DNA of 64,000 nt from Leptogorgia sarmentosa (taxonomy: Eukaryota): NCBI GenBank assembly GCA_964658305.1, contig OZ210885.1, forward strand, positions 1,736,001 to 1,800,000. The letters are read 5' to 3'. Numbering within the stretch: the stretch's first letter is position 1; the number at the start of each line of letters is the position of its first letter. Positions 14,262-26,414 of the stretch are shown here, piece after piece. The position numbers and the translations under genes are program-made. Below the pieces are notes generated by a model, which was not told the origin of the DNA, searched no databases, and was given only the letters and a program-made list of their open reading frames with translations.

Positions 14262-14498
14262 GGGGCCGGTTGTATCAAAGGCTTTTAGCTTAAACGGTGG
14301 ATAAGCAAAAAATATCAAACAAAATTATGAACTCTTGAGAACAAACTAAAAATTTCTGTCTAAACACAACAACTATACATAGAACTACACATTTAGTTGA
14401 TAAAATTTAGGTTCAAGCATTTACAAAATGAACGGCAGTGTTTTTAACATTTTTCTTATCCACCGTTAAAGCTAAACGTCTTTGATACAACCGGCCCT
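14262..14498. mobile_element. MITE family A, full copy
   Basis: ~50 bp imperfect TIRs: GGGCCGGTTGTATCAAAGGCTTTTAGCTTAAACGGTGGATAAG / CTTATCCACCGTTAAAGCTAAACGTCTTTGATACAACCGGCCC. Confidence 0.8.
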
Positions 14499-14903
14499 AG
14501 TAAAACAAGTTCTATCATGAATGTTTTGTTATTAATGATCATATTGTATTCATTTGTCAGTTGGTATTTGAAATTATTACGTCTCAACGCCCAACTTATG
14601 ACGTCATCCACGGGCCAATTGTGACGTCATCAACGGCTCATGTATGACGTCATCAACAGCCCAATTATTGCATTGTCAAGAGCTTAACTGAAGATCCTCA
14701 AGTAAAACAAGTTCTATCATGAATGTTTTGTTATTAATGATCATATTGTATTCATTTGTCAGTTGGTATTTGAAATTATTACGTCATCAACGCCCAACTT
14801 ATGACGTCATCAACGGGCCAATTGTGACGTCATCAACGGCTCATGTATGACGTCATCAACAGCCCAATTATTACATCGTGAAGAGCTTAACTGAAGATCC
14901 CCA
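14499..14903. repeat. 202-bp tandem duplication containing ~21-bp TGACGTCATC subrepeats
   Basis: AGTAAAACAAGTTCTATCATG starts at 14499 and again at 14701. Each unit carries three TGACGTCA palindromes. Confidence 0.85.
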
Positions 14904-15072
14904 AGCTCGTTTCAATGGTTGTTTGTAACTTTGGAATTTTCATTGCAATGTTCAAAGTACAATTCGTGAAATTTCGACTATTTGCGATGACTCAGTCGCA
15001 AGGAACATGTTGGCTGGCGCAGCCAAATCAGGCATTCACAAATGCCATGTATGCTACAATATTTTACTACAT

Positions 15073-18000
15073 TCATTGGGCATTACCGTGCGTCTCTTGC
15101 ATATGCTTATGTAATTCATCAGCTACGTTACTCATCTGTACAGTTTTGAGGGCAGTGCTCAACTCGCTTACAAGCGCTTGCTTTCCATGACAGTTTTTCC
15201 ACTTCAGAAGCACCTGATATCCATGTTCTCTTTGTTGATTTGAATCCGAAGAAATATTTTCTATTTCTGGATCAGTAATGCCCAACTCTCTACCAAGAAC
15301 TTTCCAATTGTTTCCCAAGCTTGCAGCAACACAACCAAGACAACACTCGCTAGCACATTCTGTAAGAAAAGGAATTAAAAGTTTCAACAACGTGTATATT
15401 AGTCGTATTCGCAACTTTCCACCATCACGAAATTCGGAATAACTAATACTGTATCGTTTATTACTAGTGATTAAAAACCTCGCTGCTGTTTGATGCTGTC
15501 ATCCGCTACTTTAAACACACGGCAACCGCAAAGTATAATTATCCGTTTTTTCTGATCCTATCAAGCCATGCATCTTAACATTATCATTTAAAATACGCTA
15601 AAACTAACCCTGAAATAGTAAATTGACACAATTACTTCACAGTAGCAGCTAAAGTAATGGGTAGCTACTCAATATATCGAGATGCATGCGCCCAATGACA
15701 GGAAAAGACTTCATGAATAACCGGCAACCGTCCATTTGTTACACCGTGCAAGTACAATAAAAAATTGTTTAACATCGATTGACAGTTTCACAGTTTACCT
15801 TCTGCAAAGGCTTGGTTATCCACCATCTCTTCTTCCGAACGACCAATGAAATCCTGAAAAGATAACAGTAGAATAATGGTTATGGAGAGCATATTATTTA
15901 TATTTTATTTATGTATTTATTCTCAAAATTTTTTGTCACAACACAAGGAATTTTAAAATTTTCACAGAAGGATGAAGAGGAAATTAGAAAATTGTTTATG
16001 ATAATTATATGATAATTACCACAGTAAGGGAGTAACAACAAAAACTGGTTTGTGGACGATCAAGTAAAACAAAGTCATTGATTTCTTTGGTGGTTGAAAA
16101 CCACTACATAGTCCGCCCATATATCAACTTAAATTTGTTAAATTGTTTGCTATTCTGGGGCAAGTTGTATAGAAACGCAGTCAAGGCAAACCAGCTGAAT
16201 CATTCAAAGTAAAATTAACTAATCATTGGCATTTGGCGACAATTAAAATAAATTCAACTTCTGAGCCCTAATAACAAGCCCTTACCTCATCTGTTATCGT
16301 TAAACTTGGATCCCAGTTTTTCAAGTTTTGGCTTAGGTCGACTTCACGACACCAGTACGGTGGGTCAAATGAATCAAGATTCATGGGAATCACGTGACGC
16401 CGTCGTTCATTTTGATTGGCTGAAGTAGCACCGACTACTTCTTTTTTCTCCATGACGTCTTCTTTTGACTCAGTTTCGCCGTCATCACTTGGTTCTGAAT
16501 TTCCATCTTCTTCAGAAGAGCTTGATTCGCAAGGTCGTTGTATACATTCTACATGAAATGTGGCCCCTGGGCAATCTTCACGCGGACATGGAGGACCAAA
16601 AACAAACTTCAAGTATTTAAAATACTGCTGGCATATTTCAGATACTTTTTTCTTCAATATTTTAGCCAAATCAAGGACGTTTTTGTCTTTCTTACACCTT
16701 AAAGAAAAATCAAAGATTTGCGTGAACACAAAGACAAGTTAACAACTCCCAAACTCTGTACGCAAACGTAGAGAATGAAGAAACCCCAATTAGTTATATT
16801 TTCGCATTATAGGATTACTGTAAGTTTATTTGAAAACGAATTATGTGAATATTCACTCTCAATAATGGTGCATTATAAGACAGGTCTCCTGTCACAATTG
16901 TCTGGTACATAATTATACATCTTGAAAATAGTCGTTAGCTTTGACATTCTTGGCTTAGACGTTTATTTTTTGAATTCCTTCGTTAATATAAACAGAGGGT
17001 AAATCGTTTCGTAACACATTTGAAACAATCACAGTCCGTTCAATGGCAATTCTTATCTTAATTGAAGGATAGCCCCAATCTATATATTTGATAAAGCATG
17101 CACTCCTCTGTAAAAAATCTTTTTAATAGTACATAACATTATCTAAAAGTATCCTATCACAGGATAATCCAAATATATAGCTAGCTACCATAATCATTGG
17201 ACGAACGCGCTTATTATACCAACCTCGAATAAACCCATATTTGACAATCCTTCAGAACCAACTTCAAGCGAAACAAGTATTGGTTTGAAATCGAAAAAAT
17301 CGCTGAATGTTTGTCCATAATAGGTGTTATCCCCTTCGTCCCACGACTGTGGCGATAAATATGAACTGATAGATAGTGGAACAACGCAGGCGGAAGAAAT
17401 CGGCCAAAATCAAACACAAACTGGTGTTCTGTTGTCTCATTTTTCCAGCTTTCGCAGGCTTCGTTCCATCGCTTTTCACATCGTTCATCGCTTCGATTCT
17501 TCAACATACATGGTATTATATACTCCCAAAGGTTCTTTTCTTCTTCTTCACTGCTAAGCGGGTAAAGTATATTGAAAGAGGACAACATTTCGACAAGTAT
17601 TTCAGCATTCACTTCATTGTTTTTCCAAACATATTCCAGAACATGACTTCCGATTCGACCTTCTAATTCGAGCTTGCGGAACTCGTCGGAGAACTGACGT
17701 TGGAACTGGCGATCTTTTGGGATATCGTGAACGCTGGTCATGATATCCACCAAGTATTGGGGCGATAATATCACAAAATGCTTTACCACGGACCCTTCTT
17801 CAATACCACACATGTTTCCTGAAAGAAATTTTAGGAAAAACGGGAAAATTAGATATTCTATGATTATTCCTTCTTTATTTCTCGTTTAAATAAACTATTT
17901 TCAATTATCAAAAGTAAAGGTTGGGATCTTGTCTCTTGACGTCATCGAGATTTATCATTTATAGATCGGAGGTCGTTTTTTATTGGTCGAGGGCGTCAAG

Positions 18001-21000
18001 CCCTCAGTAAAATATCGGCAAACGAAAATGTTCATGCAAAATTTGGAAAAATAAATATAATGAACGTGTAGGTATCTTGTGCTTATATAAACTTCGTGGA
18101 ATTTTCGTGTGTGCTGTGGTGTTTATTTCACACACCACAGCGACTGTAGGTGAAAATATGTGGGCGAGGGAATGTCAAAACATTGTCTGAATCAGCGGAA
18201 CAGTATATATCATTATATGGATTAACAATCTGTAAGTTCAGCAAGTTTATTAATAATATTCTGCATGTCGGTAAAGAAGTCTGATGTAATGTGTGCAGAC
18301 GCTGCAAAGAATCTTGGGAATAATAGTACATTGTCTTGGTTGCACAACATGGCGTGAGCATATTAAACATAATTAACAATTTACTGACTATTCGTTCATA
18401 GACAACGAGGCCGAGTTGTCTAATTGTTTTAGTATACACTCCATGCCCAGAATTGTTTATATCAAGAAAATTCATCAGAAAGCGAGTTTTCTGCAGTAGC
18501 CATATTGTTTTCCTTTGCTTTTTCGCGAATTGTGGTTCTATCACGGAATAGACAACGGCTGAGTAGCCAATCAGAATGTAGCATTTGTAATAGACGATTG
18601 ATATCTTGATTGATTGATTGATTGATTTGATATACTAACACCTAATAGTCTCGAACGTACCTGGTAAAAGGACTAGTCCAGTATCATGAAAAAATAATAT
18701 CATGGACTGGAAATTATCATCTGTAAATTTCACCATACATTTATCTTCTAACATTATCTTCAAATCAACCAAAGTCATGCACATCTTGCTTTCCGGATCT
18801 TGCCGATACTTGATTATCTCTTCCTCACAATGAAGCCACTGAAGAGGTAACTCTTCGTTCACGAATGGGAAGCTCGTTGATGCATCAGTTTTAATAACAT
18901 TTCTAAGATTGGTGATTCCTTCATCTTCCTCACTTAGCGAGTTTTCAACAGCAAATAAAATCTCTCTGTTGAAACCTCTTATAAGCCGTTGGCCAAAACT
19001 TGAAGCGAAATGCCTTTCACAAATTGAGTTTACCTCCTTGACAAAATCAGGAGTGACCTTGAAAGCGAAAAGAAGCATGTGTATATTAGGAAAACAATCG
19101 ACCAATTTTTCACTGTAGTATAGTGGAAACTACTAAAAAATGAGGCATTTTTCATTTCTTTTTCCTACCAAGGTTTGTAAAACGCATGCAAATTGTAGCT
19201 AATTGGGATCAGTACATGCTGAATCATGTGAATTCTAAAGACCCGATCTTTTTCAATTTACTTCGGCTCAACGGGTATGTATTTTGAGAGTATAGAAATC
19301 TAGTACAATGTGTTTTCACATCCTCACATATCATGTCTAATGGCAGATATGACGCCAAACTCAAAGTCAACCGAATGTCCCGGAAAATGATTCCCACTTT
19401 TGAGCTTCAAATTTCGCCAAGTGTTTAGTTTAACAGTTACGAAGATAAATAAAAGCATAAAGGCACGCGAAAAATATAGATTGGAGCTTTAAAACTAAAT
19501 TCTCCCAAGATTTCATTACGCAGACTTCATTTGTTTGGACAGTACACAGTTAACGATAACACTAATGATTATATTAAAAGTCTATACTTACTTTCGCTTT
19601 GTGTGTCCCAACAAGAATGATCGGAGTTGACGCATTTGTGTGACTGGCAATTGAATTTAACCAATAATGAATCCCACACAGATTCTTTCGTCGTGATTTA
19701 AACAACTTGTGTAAATCAAAAACCACTAAATACAAACTTCTGCTGTTCATAAAAAGATGGTGCATGGGTTCGTATAGTTGATGACCAGCAAAATCCCAAA
19801 TATTCACCTTTACGTTTTCAGTCTCGTTGTTCCTGCGTAACAGGTTTTTCGCGATGAGCGACGCGGGTAATTTCCTTGGGCTCCCTTCGACCGGGATTGA
19901 CGGGGAGGTTATCAAAACCTGGGAACTGGATATGGGTAGAGTTGTTATGGATAAACTTTCAGTAGCAGCATCCATACATGTCATGATTTGGTTTTCATCA
20001 AATTCTGCTGGGGAGGGGGGAAGTTCAGGTATCTGTCTGGAGTGGGTTTCAGATTTTATTTTTAATGTGTCCGACACAACACGAGCAATCAATTTATCAA
20101 GATGTGATTCTTCATTGTCAGCCAGTTTCCATAAAACATTTAGTTCCGTATTTTCTACGATAGATTCAACAATCGACGTGGTTTGGATACCATGGGTCTT
20201 TTCACGACCTTCAAGGAATGGTTGTCCGCTAAGTGATCTAATCAAACTGGTTTTTCCGGCAGAAACATTTCCAACAACAATGATTTTCAATCTCGACGCC
20301 GACGAAGTTCCCTCGGTTAATGCACTTTTAAAAGCGGCGATGGCCTTTTCACCCCGAGCAATGACTTCATACGGTAAAAGATTGGAAGATACTACAATGA
20401 TATATAAAAAAAATTCTTCTAATTCAGATCTGCGTTCTGACGGTATATTTATGGAGGCCTACCTCCCAAAGGGATTAACTCAATACAATTGAGCAAGCCT
20501 ACTATCTTATTCTAAATTTAGGTGGCATTGTTTTCTACAACTACTTATAGGTGCAGAATTCTTTTTTTCAAGTTCAGGAATTTATTCAGTAAAAAACTAA
20601 TGAGTATCTACTTCCGTTAAAATTAGTCTTTTAACCAATTAAATGTCACTTGCGCATGTATTGACCAATCACAAACACATATAAAGTATTGTACAGTAAT
20701 CATACGTTAAATTACGTGAATGAGGGAAAAACGAAGCGTACCTTCGGAAGCTTGGCATGTATCTTCTGTTTTTTGGATCACATTTGAACTCCTTTCAACC
20801 AAGGCACTTGAACTTCCTACATTTCTCTCGACGTTATCATCACTCACGTCCTCAGCTATAAAACTCGATGTGTCGCTAGCTAAAGAAAGTCAGAAATAGG
20901 GCGAAGCTAGTGTCGTAGTGTCGGAATTCAAGTTTTCTCCATGTAATCCCCTGGGGAAATTTTCCCCCACAAAGACAGTGTTTTGCAAGGAAATGTCCTG

Positions 21001-23557
21001 ACGTTCTGTCGAACAAACAACTTGATAAACAGACAACACTGCAAGGCAGGCATGATGTCCTTGCAGTGTTATCGCTATTGTTCAGAAATTGTCGTTCTTT
21101 CAAATAAAACATGAGCGTTTTCTTAATTAATACGGGAACCTGTTTGAAGCATATTAGGCAGCCTTAGCAAATACAACGCGACGTCAAGGAGGAAATGCGA
21201 AAATGTTGTAAAAATGCCATGATATGGCCATGCGTCCACGCCATTTTCACGCCATTTTTGCATCCTCTTTGACATCGCGTTGTATAAAGCAGTCTATTAT
21301 CAAAGACTACCTTTGTCGCCATCTTCAGAAGGAAAACTATTTTTGTCTTCAGTGCAGGAGTCGTCTTCTCCCACTTCATGAATTTCTGCAACGCCCTGTT
21401 GGCTGTGTAGTTCTGAAAAATCATGAAGGGATAAAATCATTAAACGTGATTTCAAATAATCATAGGACATTGTCATGTTAGACCTGTATTATGTTGATCT
21501 CGTCATTTACATGCACCAATTGCGTTATTGATTAAAATTTTAATTTTTATAAAATTTGTTACAACAGCGTTCAACAGCATCCTAGCTGGAGTTCATGAAA
21601 CTGAAAAATTTGGTTGTAAAATGTCTTGAAGTGCAAAAAAATTAACTTTCAAGTTTTGAATATTTCAGCATTTTAGCATAGTAGTATCAAATTTGCGTAT
21701 GTATACAAAAAATGTGCAAAATTGATTCCACAACTTTCCATTTTACAATATTTCGCGTCTAACTTTGCAATTTTGCCAACTTTAACATGCTGTTAAACGC
21801 TATTATAAATTGAATTCACTATTTCGATTATTAAAATTTCCTCCGTCATGCCATTGGTGCATTACGGTAAGTATATTATTCAAACCTTTCCTGATCCTCA
21901 TAAAAAATAACTTCGAGATTTCCCTGCCAATCTCTGTTGTAACTTGATGTCTAATGATAGTTTCTATACACTCGTCAGTTGCCAATTTTATTGGAGTCAT
22001 GCAATTCTCATCTTCCAAGTCAAGTCTTCCTCCTTTATTCAGCAACAATCGCAAACTGCTAGCTTTGCCACATTTTGCAGCCACGTGCACAGGTGTTTGA
22101 CCAATTTCGTCAGCTGAATTCGGATTTCCACCTTCCCAAGAAAGCATTACTCGTAAGCATCTAGAACATAACGTGCATGTTTCATGATGAGATAATCCAA
22201 GGGATGTGCCGGGAACGAAGACTAAAACTGTACGATATTGGTAATATACGCTTTATAGATATTTTGCACAGCAAACGTGGCCAGTGTACGTTCTGTAGGT
22301 AGGTTCTTGAGGAGCATGGTTGATGAGTATGGTTGATGAGGATGGGTTGATGAGCATAATTGATGAGTATGGTTGGTGAGCGTGATTGATGAGTATGGTT
22401 GATGAGCGTGGTAGATGAGCATGGTCGATGAGCATGGTTGAGAATCTCTAATCACTTAATCACAAAAATCTGTAATCACTTTGAACCAATCAAATTAGAG
22501 CTCAAGCGACTGATTTCTTGAAAACAAAACTGAGTAGAAATCGTGTTTGAGTAAAAAATTTGCTTAAAATTATCTCATATGTGAAATAACAAAACATGAA
22601 GATATACATGCATAAAGTTTTAAAACTACTTTGTCTCAAATACTTTTATGCGCAAATTATTAATAAGTAATAAGAATGGTTTCTCGCTCTTCGAGCTCGT
22701 GCCATTTTAAGGCCGTTGAAAGACGGTGACCCAAGAAAGACTGGCTCGTGCAAATTTGCATTCGAAACCATGCTATTATCGTTCTCAGGGAAGCCAAACT
22801 GTGATTGGTTGATTTGTGGTCACGTGGTTTTAGATAAATGCAATATATTGCAATTTTACGCCGCGGGCAACAAGTAAACCGAAAACAAAATGGCGGCTTT
22901 GAACTTGTAAGTTTCTAAATGTTTTCTCAACGTTATTTGAAGACTATAGGATCTATAAGAGACGAAAAATACACAGAAGGCAGCAGGAAATAATGTGGAA
23001 AACATTTGGCAAGTTTTAAAATTCTAAAATGTTATTCAAATTGTATTGTTTTTATCACGAAATTGTTGTATGAATATTTTATTTAATTTTCATTTCGTGG
23101 TTATTGTAACAAAACTCAACGCGAGCAGACATTAGGTGTACATTTATTAATATTACCTGGTATATCCTTTAAATGCTGCACAATGCATTGGTGTCATACC
23201 ACGTTGATACAAAAGCTCACCACTCTTCACAAAGTGAGACGCTCCTGTGTTATCTGCATCCTCATTTTGAATGAATCTTGCCACATCTTGAAATCTTCCG
23301 CAGCATGCTGCTTGATGCAGGTCATACTTATGAAGTCGTTTCTGTTGCAAATGATGTATGAATCCATGCCTACTTTGAAAGTCAGTCTCACATTTAGAGC
23401 ATCTGAAGGTATTGTTTACTTGATGTTTGTGTTTTAAACTCTTCCTCAAATGCAATATTAGTGCAGATGCAGTTTCAAATTTCTTTTGAGGACAATCAGA
23501 ACACTTGTACACATCACAGCACCGAGCACAAGGGCGGCGAATGCTAATAAATGGCAT
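15073..23557 (-). CDS. ROCO protein: 2x C2H2 zinc finger - ankyrin repeats - Roc GTPase - COR - death domain, 9 coding exons, ~1119 aa
   Basis: Manual exons, phases consistent, 3360 nt total: 23557-23157, 22160-21886, 20879-20742, 20391-19592, 19057-18661, 17818-17224, 16697-16286, 15853-15799, 15359-15073. ZnF: YKCSDC...LILHLRKSLKH and FRCSKC...FIHHLQQKRLH. ANK: GMTPMHCAA, GQTPVHVAA. Pre-Roc motif PYEVIARGEKAIAAFKSALTEG. G1 GNVSAGKT, G3 WDFAGH, G4 VGTHK. COR: ELPLQWL, FFHDTGLVL, VILSPQYLVD, YIIPCML. Death domain: LGNNWKVLGRELGI...GYQVLLKWK. Confidence 0.88.
21172..21286. repeat. Small foldback/MITE-like inverted repeat in ROCO intron
   Basis: TACAACGCGACGTCAAGGAGG...CCTCTTTGACATCGCGTTGTA imperfect inverted repeat. 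Confidence 0.65.
22309..22442. repeat. 13-bp minisatellite (GATGAGYATGGTT)n
   Basis: About 10 degenerate units. A related array lies at ~26790-26875. Confidence 0.8.
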
Positions 23558-24702
23558 ATTCGCACCCTACACAAGACAATGACAAAAATACAGAAAATAA
23601 AATATTATATAGCCTTAGCAAATACAAATTTTATTAGCATATACAATAAAATAAAATATTAGGCAGACTTGCATTGCAAGTTGTCAGAAAAATTGCACTG
23701 TGTGACAAGCCTTTTAGTAAATCTTATTATTTATGTGAAATAATTGAAGAGTTTTGATTGGTTAAGAGATGTGGATGAAATTGTCATATGTGTTTGGTAA
23801 AACACATTATTATACAACATTATGATGTACTAGCTATGTTGTAAATTGAAAACTTGTATATGAATTTATGACATAATTTGGTCATTTTTGGTCACAAATC
23901 TCAGCCACAATAATTCAACATTTCCAACAGCCGACCTCAAATGGATGTGAATTTACGTGTATAAAATGTAATTTTGAGGAATTCATTGATGAATTTGATA
24001 CAGTGGATAACCTTCAAATAATGGACAGCACAGAACCAAAGTTGTTTGCCTGAAGGTGTGCACCTCCTACAGATCACAATTAATGTATTGTTACATCTAA
24101 ATGATCCAGACTTGAACCCAAGTGTATAGTTTTCAAGGTGTTTGTACAGTGAGAGGTTCAAAAATGCTGAAAGCAGTATTTTTTTTGTGGATATTTTGTA
24201 ATCAGGGAAACACATGTTGATGATGTTGCCATGGGGTGTATTTTTCTCACACACAAATTATCTTACACCTATCATCTTTGATTTTGAATATTAATTTTAT
24301 AAATTATTTCAATTTAGTCTATCTCTCACTTTGTTTGTATACTGAATAAATATAATAAAGGTATATATTAACTATTATAACAAACTTCAAAACGTGGTTA
24401 GTGTAGGTTGCGGATAACAACATCATCATTGTCAATTTTGCGAAGATCAAGGGCCTTTGCTCGAAACATCGAATCTTGTTGTATAGTTAAATTTAGATGT
24501 AATATAGATGACCTTTTGCAACATGATGTTGGTTGTTTACCAACTGTACGATCTAGGACAGTATTAGGCGTTGTATGATTATTTGAAGACGAGTTCAACA
24601 AACAGAAGAAATATTAAGACACTCGTCATTTACACTCGTGAGTAAAAAAGTAGGATCGAATAATACAATCAAATATTATTTAACGTTGCAAAATTAACTT
24701 AC

Positions 24703-24880
24703 CTTTAATACTACTTATATTTCTTGGCAATGCTTCATCCTTTAGTTTAATCAGGTATATCTCTACTTTCCATTGATATTTGATTGAAATTTTTTTTGCT
24801 GGTTAAATTACCAGGAAAATTGCTGCTAGTTCTTGGAAACATAATAAGACCCTTTGCTTGTTTCGCCGGAAGTAATTGCT
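24703..24880 (-). other. Probable 5' UTR exon of the ROCO gene
   Basis: Strong donor AAAG|GTAAGT at 24703/24702, and an acceptor TGTAG| just upstream of the ATG at 23557. The joined frame has an upstream stop, so the exon is non-coding. Its 5' boundary is a guess. Confidence 0.45.
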
Positions 24881-25004
24881 GCAGTCATTTCCGGAATAGA
24901 AAACCACAGCTAGCCCAAATTTTTGACTGTAATAACTTCTTATTCGAGCACAAGCTTTTTGTGCTCCGACAAAAAGATAAATGGTGGAAGCAATACCGCG
25001 GAGT

Positions 25005-25345
25005 GGTTAAGCGATGTTCGATGAAATAATGGATAGAGTAAGGACTGGAGAAGACATCTTTCTTTGCGCTCATTTATCCGAAGAACGATTAACCAGAACT
25101 AAGAGAAGCCAAAAAGACTCGTGTACATCAGGAACATGGCCGTGGTAGATCAGTATTGGATGATTCGTAATGACCACGTGGAAGTCGAAAAATGACAGCA
25201 CCATGACTATGAGTTATAACATAATTTATTTTTAAAATATTACGAGGACCTCCACACACAGACTATGACCATTAAGTTCAAAATTAATATTTCGGCGTAA
25301 GTAAAGATGTCATTAACAAAAATTTTTTGATCCATATCCAGATGG
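25005..25345 (-). pseudogene. Degraded GPCR relic (TM1 to ICL2 region)
   Basis: Recognisable but frameshifted similarity to the array genes: GCGATGTTCGATGAAATAATGGATAG, GGATGATTCGTAATGACCAC..GGAAGTCGAAAAATGACAGCACCATGA. Confidence 0.7.
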
Positions 25346-25553
25346 CATAAGATACAGTCTAAATCAAATAATTTAAAATTATGACAAACTTTCACGCTAA
25401 TTCTTCCGCCTATCTGACCTTCCCTAGCTATCTACGAAGATCTACTCACTACCTAAACCATACTATTTTTTAAATGTGTTTATCTCAAAGGTAGAAAGGC
25501 TTTCATTCACCAAAGTTTTGCCAAAGATTAAAGGATCCGCGGAGGGCCAGTTA

Positions 25554-26414
25554 CTAGCAACAAAATAGAAGATCTTTCAAGTCCTTCACTGCTTTTTTCC
25601 CCTCTTTGCGTAGAACATCGTTTTTCCAGAAGAAAATAAGACAGTTCAATGTAGGATTCGCACTCGCTACAGTACTTGTCCAAAAATTAACAGCTTTCCT
25701 ATTTTCTGACGTTGATATCTCAGCGATGTTGAACGCAATGTAGCAAAACCCTGGAATGTACATCAATAACAGAAAGCCAACGGCCAACAAACAGGTTGAA
25801 ATGCCCTTTAAATTAACAGGCGACATCGTGGATGTTGGTGATGTTGAGTTTTCGCGACGAACTTTTCGGCAGATCATGAACAATTTGTAATTGAAGAACG
25901 CAAACGGAGCAAATACAGTAACAACAAAAATGAGCAAAGCCTTTGGATAGGAAATGACTAAGTCATTAGCAGAAATTATTATTAGAATAATCGGTAATAG
26001 AGACAATACTGCAATAAGCGTTAGAAGTTTGCGTCTTGTGAGCGACGTTCGATGAAAGAATGGATAGTACGTTCCAAGATATCTTTCTATGCTCATCACC
26101 AGAAGAGCAATTAAAGAAAAGCCAATAAACACGAACAAAATTCGTTCGTAAATTTGCACCATGGCTAGTAAATCATTCTTTTCTTGCAACCACCAAATCA
26201 GGCGAAGAATCAGTATTGGGTGATTTGTGATGACCACAAGGAAGTCGAAAAATGACAACACCGTGATCATAAAATAACATAATTTATTTCGAAGATACGC
26301 CGAACTTCTCGCGAAACTGACAATGACCAATAGGTTTAAAAATGTCCCCGCGCAAGAAAGAAGGACGTTGACAACACACAGAAATATTGACTGGACGTGC
26401 ACTGCAAGATCTAT
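25554..26414 (-). pseudogene. GPCR copy 1: intact 7TM frame but initiator ATG mutated to ATA (start-lost pseudogene or alternative start)
   Basis: GAA GAT ATA GAT CTT here versus GAA GAY ATG GAT in all other copies. In-frame stop a few codons upstream. The next ATG (26270) lies in TM2. SIERY and NPTLNCLIFFWKN are present. Confidence 0.6.

Noticed and set aside
19827..20492. 221-aa plus-strand ORF
   Set aside because: Antisense to the Roc exon, with no recognisable domain.
20876..21112. Cys-rich minus-strand ORF as a possible ROCO exon
   Set aside because: Phase-incompatible with the preceding exon and ends in a stop. The in-phase exon is 20879-20742.
21224..21481. ORF with B-box-like pattern CRHLQKENYFCLQC
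   Set aside because: Lies on the strand opposite the ROCO gene, overlaps a foldback repeat, and has no supporting exon context.
22222..22455. His/Ser/Pro-rich repetitive ORFs
   Set aside because: Translations of a 13-bp minisatellite.
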